Source: Marsupella aquatica (lineage: Eukaryota; Plantae; Marchantiophyta). From it: a DNA stretch of 64,000 nt. The stretch spans positions 13,949,375-14,013,374 of the forward strand of contig OZ316897.1 in NCBI GenBank assembly GCA_973895155.1. The letters run 5' to 3'. The notes below the pieces were generated by a model. It made no database searches and was not told where the DNA came from. It saw nothing but the letters and a program-made list of their open reading frames with translations. Both the position numbers and the translations under genes were made by a program. The number at the start of each line of letters is the position of its first letter. The stretch's first letter is position 1. Positions 25,100 to 35,200 of this stretch are shown here, in pieces.

Positions 25100-26170
25100 C
25101 ATCACAACGAGTACATTTGGTGCGACATGCGCACGAGGAGTTGGGTCACTTGGTGTGAAGCGCACTTACAGCTTGCTGCAGACACAATATTGGTGGCGTG
25201 GTATGCACACTCATATCCAACAACTGATAGCTAAGTGTGTGGTATATGATCGAGTGAGAGCATCCTTCAATGCTCCCACTCCCCAGTTGCATCCATTGCC
25301 GATCATGGGTTTGGGGTACAGATGGAGTTTGGACTTTGCTGGTCCATTGTACCTCTTACCCAATGACATAATTGATATGTTTTGGTTATGGTGGAACACT
25401 TCTCCAAATGGATTGAGCTAGTAGCGTTGCCAGATAAAGTTAGTGGAGGAGTTGCTGCCACATTTTTGGATTGTGTACTCAATCATTTTGGAGCACCAGC
25501 TGAGGTGTTGACTGATCAGGGAATTGAGTTTCGTGGAGAGTTTGAGAGTTTGTGCAAGCAAGCTCTGATTAATCATCATACTACTTCTTGTGACCATCCT
25601 GAGGCAGATGGATTGGCTGAGAGAATGATGCAAACTGTGAAGAGAGGATTGCGCAAGTATGGCTTGCAAGTTGGTCATCTGGGAATTGAGATCTCTAATT
25701 ACCTTGGTTAGCTATGGGCTACTGTTCAGTTGGCAAACATCACTTGCATCCTTCTCACCTTATTTCTTGCTCTATGGTAGTGAGCCAAATTTGCCAGCAA
25801 CTATTCGTCGTGATACTGCATCGGTTGTGAACTTGGAAAATCCTGATGTTTGGATCAAGGTTTGTTTAGAGAGGGCAAATATTTTTGAGAGAGTCATGCC
25901 CATGGCCTTTGACAGCCTTGCCATTGCTCAACATCGTGATACTTTGCGGTATGCCACTATTTGTGGAGGAGGTTATCGTGCAAGAATTTGATGATTTCAT
26001 CCTGGTGATTATGCTTATTTGCAGCAGACAGCACCAACTACACTTGATGTGACTGCGGGTTGGACCATTTTATGTGTGCGTGAAGTGTTGCCTTCTGGTG
26101 TACTGATGTTGGAAGGGCTTGATGGTATGATTTGGAAGGATCATATATGTGCACAATTGTGCACCATGTC
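25100..26170 (+). pseudogene. DDE integrase
   Basis: HAHEELGH and a partly decayed HHCC zinc domain, WSLDFAGP, VEHFSKW, VLTDQG.EF, HPEADGLAER, FSPYFLLYG. Confidence 0.93.
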
Positions 26171-26229
26171 ATCTTCCAAACATTGATGGTACGGTGGATC
26201 CAAGCTTAGCACATGTTCGTGCTAGTTTG

Positions 26230-26373
26230 AAGTGTATGTTGTGTGGATCTACTCAGGGAACAACTACTATGTTAGTTTGTGATAAGTGTTCTAGAGGATG
26301 ACATATGTCGTGTTTGACACCACCATTGCAGGTGATTCCTAGTGGATTATGGTTGTGTCCTCAGTGTCGGTGA
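26230..26373 (+). pseudogene. C-terminal PHD finger
   Basis: KCMLCGSTQGTTTMLVCDKCSRG*HMSCLTPPLQVIPSGLWLCPQCR* = C4HC3 with the canonical CLxPPL...W.C..C signature. Confidence 0.92.
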
Positions 26374-26536
26374 ATCCGACTAGTTATCAATTGTGTTCTC
26401 TTGGAAGATATGGATTACAAGTAGGTGATCGATGGGGCTCACCTGCACCCAGCCTCCTGATCTTCACACCTAAAAGGTGTATATCAACATTGTATAACTC
26501 ATGGCTAGCTAGAGTTAGGGGACCTTAATCCCAACT

Positions 26537-26546
26537 AGGGGGGCGA
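26537..26546 (+). other. Polypurine tract
   Basis: AGGGGGGCGA immediately before T-TGTGGG, the start of segment A. Confidence 0.75.
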
Positions 26547-26547
26547 T

Positions 26548-27151
26548 TGTGGGTTTTGGACATGTGTGGACATGAGTTCCGCTTGTATTCCATTCTCTTG
26601 TGTTTGTGATGTGGCAGTGTGACTATGTTTGGATATAGTGACAAGCGATGTATGTTGTGTAGCGATGTGTATGCGCATGACAGCTGTCACACCATTCTAG
26701 GTAGTGTTAGAGTGTATCGTACAATCTAGATCTGTATGTTTGGTATGTGTGCTATATGAGCCGATAAGGTTCCATTAGGTTTGTGTGAGAGGGTAGTTCT
26801 CTCTTGTGAGGCATTGAAAGGTTATCTTTCAATGCTGAGCCTTGGAGAGGGGAGCTTATGTGGTGGCTATGGTGGTTGAGAGCTCTCTCTATGTAGCGTG
26901 GATTCCTTGAGTGCAAGGTGCGTTGGCTCGACCTACGTGTGTGATCGGATCGGATCGGACAGGATTGAGTGCGTATTGTTGGCGTCGATCATTGTTCAGA
27001 TTCTATTGGGATTATTATGGGTTTTGAACATGTGTGGACATGAGTTTTGCTTGTATTCCATTCTCTTGTGTTTGTGATGTGGCAGTGTGACTATGTCTAG
27101 ATGTATGTGACAAACGATGTATGTTGTGTAGCGATGTGTATACGCACGACA
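26548..27151 (+). repeat. 3' terminal repeat block A1 (26548-26682) - GC - B2 (26685-27014) - A2 (27016-27151)
   Basis: A1 and A2 are ~135-bp direct repeats; B2 repeats 17758-18084; the A1/B2 junction is the palindrome TGACAGCTGTCA. Confidence 0.92.
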
Positions 27152-27155
27152 TCTT

Positions 27156-27340
27156 TCATCTTAAACTTAGAGCTGTCAAGCTTTGCCTTGAGTTTGTCCA
27201 CCTCAAACCTATCCTTAGCTACAATAAGAATGTCATCAACATATTGTACCAAAATAATGAAACCAAACACATAATTATTCACATGCTTTAAATAATCACA
27301 TGGATCAAAATCACTTTGCTTGAAGTCTTGTGACAACATG
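27156..27340 (-). mobile_element. Ty1/copia RT fragment (upstream half)
   Basis: FKQSDFDPCDY...IILVQYVDDILIVAKDRFEVDKLKAKL..FKMKD. Confidence 0.85.
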
Positions 27341-29021
27341 CACAGTTACTAGAAAATTATATCATGTGCTATACTCAACGTTGCAAAGCCCTAAAAGCGG
27401 ACGGTATGCTCTACATCGCTACAAAATTTGACAACCATTCATTGGTTCTGGCGTCCACATGGGTCTAGGCGCTCGTTGGGGTTGGCGACGCAAAACCATT
27501 GTCTATTTTTTTTACGTTCTGGAGAGAATTGTAACATCAATGTCATCTTTTGCCACCCAACGCCCTCACCAATCCCAACACCCTCGCCTTAGTGCCCTTG
27601 GTGCCCAAACGCCTCCACGGAACTCTTTGAGCAAGTAACTTGATGCCCCTTGCACCCCCGACGGCCACTCCCATATGAAGCCACACTTGCTCCATAACAC
27701 GACCATTGTTCAATGACCCTCACTATCTGCACAAGCAACCAAGCACTCCGGTAAGTAACCCAAAAGGATCTAGATCTCCAAAGTCTAGCATCCTAACTCA
27801 AGCTTAACAAACATTGGTAAGTAGATCAGTGATAGGGGCAAGTGAACTTGGAACTCAACCTCCCGCTCAACCTCCATGCCTACTTGGTCTTGCCTCCCCA
27901 ATGCAAGCTCCCTTGGAAAACTAAATGCGGCTTGGCTACTATTTTGCAGGATTTGGCAAGCGGACGAGATAGTCCCCGCAAACCCCAAGAATCCATGGCA
28001 CCCCAAGACCCAATTGAGCTGAGGAGGATGTAGTACTCCTTGAGAGATTTTCAATGCACCCAAGAAGTACTCCAATGGACTTTTCGTTGGGATGTTATCG
28101 CCGTTTATGTTGCTCGTCCTTGGCCCAAAGGGAGACACCATACCCCTCATATATGCTTCTTGAGAACTGCCACCCCCGGATAGACTTTGGTCCCCATATT
28201 TTGGCTCCCCACCTGGACCCCAACCTACACGTCTAGGTACACCACCAACTGGCTATGCCCATAACATTTTAGTTACGCATCCGTAGGCGGAGCCTTAGCC
28301 CGTTGTGATTGGGCCGACTCAGTGCTCATGCCTAGGCCCTCGGAACCCATCATCGCTCGGGGTCCCCGAATGGCCAAACCTGGGCCAGGCCGTATCTCGT
28401 GCCCCAAACGTTGGCTGTGCATGAAGTAAATTCCATTAGCCTTGGGCTCAAAAGAAGCTCTCATTCAAGCTCTTAGAAGTCAAAGTCCGTTCGGGGGTCC
28501 GAACGGTCGACCTTGAGTCCGACAATTTTTCATGACCCGACTAGCCCCCAACTAGTCTAAGTCCTTGGTGTGCTTCATAAGTTTAGCGCCCTGCCTTTGT
28601 CAACGGTGCAATGCCTCATTGCCCACAAATCTCTCCATGTTAAGTCTCGGATGACCATTCCATGACCATTTCCCCGGATGACCATTCCATGACCATTCCG
28701 GGCTTGGACCATAGAGGAACTCATAGAGTAACCCATAGAGGTTTGAAAGAACGAAGGATCGATGACGGAGAAGGATGGAATCATAGGCGCGCTAAATCTA
28801 CAGTTATTAAGCTCAACGCGAACTCACCTTTTGTAGAAAAGGCGGCTTGAAAGAGGAGCACTGAGCCACTCGGTGTGTATCTGCTGATCTCCATCTCTGT
28901 TGTTCAGCCGTTGCCTGCGAGGTTTGAGATTCTCGTCCCGCGTTTGTTCCGTTTGTAAGCGAGTAAATTACCTCAGTACACACGCTGCGCAGGAGAATTT
29001 GGACCAATCGGCCAAGCAGCT

Positions 29022-29435
29022 AATGATCTTCTGGGCTCTGCGAACCTCGAAAGAAATCGAAGAGCAAACTCCCTTCTTGCAGTCTGTTCGTAATTGCTTT
29101 TGAATTTTCCAGCTGAATGATCTTCTGGGCTCTGCGAACCTCGAAGGAAATCGAAGAGCGAACTCCCTTCTTGCGTCTGTTCGCCAATGCTTTGAATTTT
29201 CCAGCTGAATGATCTACTGGGCTCTGCGAACCTCGAAGAAAATCGAAGAGCGAACTCCCTTCTTGCGTCTGTTCGTAAATGCTTTGCATTTTCCAGCTGA
29301 GAGGAGATGTCAAAGTGCGGGAGTGCAGCCAATGATCTTCTGCGCTCTGCGAACCTCGAAGGAAATCGAGCAGCGATCTCCCTTCTTGCGTCTGTTTGTG
29401 TATGATTTGAATTTCCCAGCTGAGAGGAGATGTCA
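29022..29435. repeat. Minisatellite, 4 copies of a 92-94 bp unit
   Basis: AATGATCTTCTGGGCTCTGCGAACCTCGAA...TTTTCCAGCTG starts at 29022, 29116, 29208 and 29331. Confidence 0.9.
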
Positions 29436-29813
29436 CTGTGCAATTGTGTAATCCAGAAGGTCGTCTCTCTGCTGGTCCTGCAGTTGAAATTTTGATTACG
29501 ATTCACAAGTACTGATTAGAATTAAGTTGGCGAATTTAAATGTGCAGTAATATGTAAGGATTCCTTCATTCAGGTCTCTCACTGGACGAGCAGCTCGCGC
29601 TACGGAAACAGCCATCTCCGGGGGAGAGTGAGAAATGAAGACCGCGGACGATCGAGCGATTACTGCAATGGGCGATTGGAGCAAGAAATAGTTGCATGTC
29701 CAATTGGACGGAATGGCTACGACAGAGGATTGGAATCGAATTGCAAAAGTGCCCCGGATTCAGAAACTAATTCAATTTTCCCCGAGAATTTCAAATCGAC
29801 TGATTAGTTCAAG

Positions 29814-29816
<3 letters not shown>

Positions 29817-29863
<47 letters not shown>
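29817..29863. repeat. (CT)n microsatellite
   Basis: Perfect CT run of about 47 bp. Confidence 0.95.
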
Positions 29864-29867
<4 letters not shown>

Positions 29868-30159
29868 AAGAAAAGTCATCTTCACCTCCTCCTCTCTTCC
29901 TCGCAGAATTTCACCGGCCAACTTCCAAAGGCTTGTCAAGACATCGACAAGAGCATTTTCACCTTGCCCCATTGCACATGAGACCGCCACCTCACAGGAG
30001 CCCATTGATATGGCCCATTCCCGCAGACATTTTGAAACAGCTCTCGTCCCGCCCCAGCTCGTAAACTAGTGTTGAGGCACTGCAACAAGGGTGTAGGGTT
30101 TAAGGGAAGAGAGTGAAATGGAGATGAGATACCGTAGAGAGAGAGAATAAGGAGACGAA

Positions 30160-32283
30160 GTGGCCATTGAAGGAGCCCGTGAGGGCCATAACGGCAACAA
30201 GTGTCCAACAAGAACGAAGCAGCCACCTCCCGTGGACTTCGAGGACGAGGAGTTCGGCAATGACGAGGATGTCTTTTTGGAGGAGGTGTTGGACGAAACT
30301 CTTTACAGGGATGAGGAGATGCTTAATGAGACCTTAGCTTCTGGAATCTTAGCACGACTTGCCTAGTGCCGACGACTCAGGGTTAATCTGGATCCCAACA
30401 CATACTGTTCCAGCAACTCGAAATTAGAGACGTCATCGAGGACAACAACGGGCCCCTCTGCTGACTTACGAGTTTTCGGTGTCACCACAGAAGGAAACAG
30501 TGTTTGCTGCCATGTTTATGGATTTCAACCTGACATTTACATTAGGAGCCTTGCTGGTTGGGTGACAGGGGCATCAGCATACTACGCCACACACTCGAGG
30601 CTCGGACGCGAGGGAATGGTAAGATCGGCCAAGCTCCAGTGTGTGTAACCGAAGTAAAGATGGTGTAGAAGAAAAGTGTGATGTGTATCCAGCCCCAGAA
30701 GAGCTATTCCTTTCTCCAGATCTATGTACACAGCCATCCATGGTCAGAGTCTGTAGAGGCGTTTTCGAAAAGGGTCTAAACATTGAAGGCCTCGGCCACA
30801 ACGGCTTCGTAGCCTACGCGAGTAATGTGCTCTTTGCGCTTCATTTCATGATCGATTGTGGGATAAGTGGTGGCAACTGGATTGAATTGCCAGTCAATTC
30901 TTTCCACTACCGTGACATGAAGAGCAGGTTGGCCCGATTCCAGCTTGAGGTTGACATACATTATGACAAGATCATAAGCCATCTAGCAGTGGGAAAATAG
31001 TCAAACGATGGCACCGTTTCGGATCCTTAGTTGACATTGAATGTGCCGGGCGGAAGGGTCATTTTCCTGAAGCAGATAAGATCCTGTAATCCGGCAACAT
31101 GGTGACCATGCAGGGTAGTGGCCAGCCAATGGTTCGCAATCTGATAACTCTCAAGACCAGTTCACCCATAATAGGAGTTGATGTCATGTCCTTTGACACG
31201 GAGAAGGAAGTATTACTTGCATGGAGGGATTTTTCAGGGAGGTGGATCCTGACATCGTAATTGGGTACAATATCTGCAAATTCGACTTGCCATACCTTCT
31301 TGATAGAGCTGAAACTTTGAAAGTGGTTGGCTGCCCTTTGGGCGAGTCAAGTGCGAATGAGAGATGCATCGTTTAACTCGAGACAGTACGGTACCAGAGA
31401 GAGTAAGGAGGCAACTATCGAGGGACATCTACAGTTTGATCTTCTTCAGGCTTTGCAGAGGGATCACAAGCTTAGTTTTCTCTCAATTCAGTTTCCGCAC
31501 ACTTTCTTGGTGAACGGAAAGAGGAAGTCCACCATTCTATCATGATAGATCTTCACAATGGAAGTCCAGATTCGAGGAAAAGATTGGCTGTTTATTTCTT
31601 GAAGAATGCGTATCTTCCCCAGCGCCTCCTCGACAAGCTTATGTATATCTACAACTACTTAGAAAAGGCTCGAGCTACTTAGAAAAGGCTCGAGTTACTG
31701 GCGTTCCGCTGTCATTTCTTCTCGCTGGTGGTCAGACCATATAGGTATTGTCAAAACTACTTAGAAAGTGCCGGCAAAGAAATATGCTTGTCCCAAATCT
31801 GAAAGCGGCTGCTGGCCAGGAGGGATTTCAGGGTGCTACGGTTTTGGAAGCCAAAACTTGCTCCAGATAGTTTCTTGAAAACGCCCTCGCCTCGGGTGAG
31901 GCTTTTGTGAAAACCTGTCTAGAAAAGGAATCCTTTGCTCGTAAGATAGCAAAGGCAGACCTGAAGAAAGCAACTGATCCCTTTGAACGATAAGTGCGAA
32001 GTCGGTCTATGGATTTACTGGTGCCACTGTTGGGGGCAGCTGCCATGTCTCGAGATTCCATCTAGTGGCACTAGCTATGGTCGTGCAATGATTGACCACA
32101 CCAAAAGCTAGTCCAAGAGAAATTGAACATAAGCAATGGGTATCAAGATGAAACTGAGGTTGTGTATGGAGATACGGATTCTGTGATGGTACAATTCGGG
32201 ATGCCCACAGTGGAAGAATCTATGGAACTTGGTCGAGAAGCAGCAGGGTACATCAGTGCAACGTTTACCAAGCCTATCAAGCT
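30160..32283 (+). pseudogene. POLD1: Intronless (processed) pseudogene of DNA polymerase delta catalytic subunit
   Basis: FQQLEI, RVFGVTTEGNSVCCHVYGF, FMIDCGISGGNWIELP, DIECAGRKGHFPEA (ExoI), [18 protein letters not shown] (ExoII), [51 protein letters not shown] (motif C), FTKPIKL. Collinear without introns; many stops, frameshifts and deletions. Confidence 0.92.
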
Positions 32284-35200
32284 GGACACCTTGCCAGAGT
32301 GGAAAGGGGCACGGGTCAAGGTAAACTGCCTATCCTTTGACGTTTTTGTGTCTGTATTGCCCTTCTGAGCTTTCATTATTGCTTCAGGGATTGGACGGTA
32401 TGATAATTTGAAATCGCATCTTCGGGAGTACCATACAGGAAATAGCAGGTGCTTGAATTCTCTACATTTCATTTTTCTTATCGGAATGAAATTAGATGTA
32501 ACTTGAATGGATCATTGGTCTGAAGGCCAAGGGAAGCAGAACAATGAAAGTCATTGTAGCGTCATCAGCTCCCCTTGAGATCACCAGGAGTTAAGCCAAA
32601 CACCTAGAGACAACGGGAGTCCACAACAACATGCCAGTGACAGGATTACTATGTGGTGTCCATTTTCTGGTTGCCTGTTCTTTTGAAATTTATTTGAGAG
32701 GAACAAGTCTGGCGTTTCTTAAATGAGATCTGTCAGTGATAATTTCATGAGATAAAAACGTTTGATTGCAAATTCTAGCATGGTAGATAAAAAGTGAGAT
32801 TCATCCTTTGGACTTCTGTTTTTGGATGAAGTCTCGTGACTAGCAGTTAGTTGGCTGTTGAGGACAGTTTTTGTCAACAATTGTTTGGTCGATGACCCTG
32901 GACCTGGAACTTGTGCAGGAACTTTTGGTAGCCACACGGCACGTCCTGGAAACAGATTTTCGGAGGATCTTCTTCTCTCAGATAGAGACCTTACTAGAAA
33001 AAGCTTGTACATGTCCAGTTCTTCGAGGTTGTTGGATGGTCCTGTTGATCATTTGAGCACATCAAAAGAATGATTGAATTCACAATAAGTTCCTGTTTGA
33101 CTTGTTTGCTTTTAACACGAAGGAAATGGCTGATTGAGCGATTGACGGATTTTGAAGTCCAAGAACTTTGCCAACAAGGAGCAAGGGAAAGAAAGAGAGC
33201 CACCAGTCGAGCAAACGACTCCGTGAAGAGTAATTGTTTGGATAAAACCAGGTCCAAGAATTAGGAAACATGATTCCTTTCTGCAGAAGAAGTAGCATAT
33301 CATCAATTTAAGAGACCTTAACACAGTCAAATTTAAATCAAGGACGCTTTGAACGAAAAGCTGGGAACTTCAGAAGCCCAATTAGAGTGAGTATTGAACG
33401 GAATCAACTCCCAGTTTGCTGTAGCTCTTGTCGTTCGGCTTCCTCCCAGAAGACAAACAGAGGTGCCAGCATTGGCAAGGAGGATACTTGAGCTCCTGCT
33501 GTGGTCCTGTGCATATCTGGAACAGAGAGTCTCGGCCACAGTAAATTTCATAGGTGAACCCCCTTGTGCTCTTGCATAACCAGTTTCAGAGGTGCATGCA
33601 ATTTATGAAACCTATCTTCATAAATGCTGAAAAGGAGACTACAACCGACAAGAAAATGTTAGCTATCTGAAACTGTTAATTAATCGGCATAGTTGGCAGA
33701 CAACCCGACACCCGACGACCAATTCCAGCAAAGCCGTGGCAAACTAGGCTGTGGGGAAGTGCTATCCCTGTTGGATAAGCTAACAGTCTCAAGACTAGAA
33801 TTCTCATTGACGTATCTTGTACCTATAGACAAGGTCAGGGACGGTGAACAGGGCCGTTCTAGATAGCTCTACATACTGGATTCTGGTGATTCATTTGATA
33901 GGTTTGCTCACAATTATTCCCCAAATAGGGTAAGAATAATAATGACTTCGTCGTGATTAGTTACAGTAGAAGACGAAGCGATGAAAGGAGCTCTAATGGT
34001 GAAAGGTATCAATTGCATTTGACCGATCTTAGGGGATTACTCTGTACCATCGTTGTCCTTTCCATGCATGGACTTAAGTGGCTACATGATTTTGAGACCC
34101 TGTTTAACAGTTTGCGTTAGACTAGGTTGTGTCGAGAGACTGGAATGTTAAACGCATAGAGCAGCAGCGGAAGCACGCTGGAGATCATTTCTTCAATTTA
34201 GAGAAACATTCTCACTGTTTGTTCTAGTTATGTAATGTGTGGAAATGCACTGCTAGACCTGTCTGGCTGTAGGGCGCATCACTGTAACTGATGATTTGTT
34301 ATTACGTGTGTGTAGTTCAGCGGATTCTACTGTAGTTGCAATGTGGATTGTGGTTTCAGAGACTCTTTGCATGTTTGCCCCAATCATCCCTCTTGCTTCG
34401 TTGTAGCTATCCTCCCCTATCAGGAAACTATCGGGAAGTGGGCTGATTCAGGCCGTGTATTGTAGTTTTATCTGTCCTTATGCTGAAGATATAGGTACAG
34501 TAGTTGTATGCTCGCCTTGGAGAGACAAAAGAGCAACCTGAGTAAGCAGAGGCCTATCACAAGTGCAGATTTGATTGTTTCTTTTTGGCGTAAGCTTTGT
34601 GTCCTACCGCCTTGGTGCACCAGTACCTGAAGCTCCCACAGACTACAACATTTGATAAGATGCTTATTTTGACTGCCAAGACTTGAGTGGACAACTTCTT
34701 AGTTAACGCTTTTCCTTTGAAAAAATGGTCACATTTGTTTGTGTTACCTAGTGCCCCACATATTAGGATTTAAGTGGTATGTCAAAGTTGACTTTATGGC
34801 CATGACCATCAAACAATAACAAGTGAAGCTCAACCAAACCCCCTGCATTAAGGTAAACAACTGTGGTTATGCACAGCTTCCATTTTGATATCTTGAGTCA
34901 AATTATTTGCCTTGACAATTTTTTCTTTCCAAAATGCAAGTTGTGATCCCAACATGGTGGGATTTCAACATAGACCTATGGCCTAACACAAGGTCCAGTG
35001 AAAATTTGGACCAAACTCAACCAAGTAATGCTGGCAGTGATGCAATTTGAATGGACTAGAAAGGAAGCCTATGATTCTATCCTGCTATCCTCTTATCGTA
35101 TAAGTGTGGCCCCTACCATATGTAACAACCCATTTTATTAACAAAATGAAACATGACGACCTGTCATTCGCTGAGAATACTTTGGGCTGCATGCTGCTTG

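Larger units (their letters stand above)
17758..27151 (+). mobile_element. Full-length decayed Ty3/gypsy retrotransposon with DNMT and PHD domains and split (B...A-B-A) LTRs
   Basis: TG...CA ends, TCTT duplicated on both sides (17754-17757, 27152-27155), Gag/PR/DNMT/RT/RH/INT/PHD motifs in gypsy order, PPT at 26537-26546. Confidence 0.93.

Noticed and set aside
17758-27151. Classifying the split-repeat element as a DIRS/Ngaro tyrosine-recombinase retrotransposon
   Set aside because: It encodes an aspartic protease and a DDE integrase, has a PPT, TG..CA ends and a TSD; no tyrosine-recombinase motifs were seen.
26685-27151. Treating B2-A2 as an unrelated solo LTR that inserted beside the element
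   Set aside because: It has no TSD of its own; the TCTT duplication and the interrupted copia frame (KMKDLG) bracket the whole 17758-27151 unit.
29022-29435. CRISPR-like array
   Set aside because: Units repeat over their full length with no unique spacers; eukaryotic context, no cas genes.
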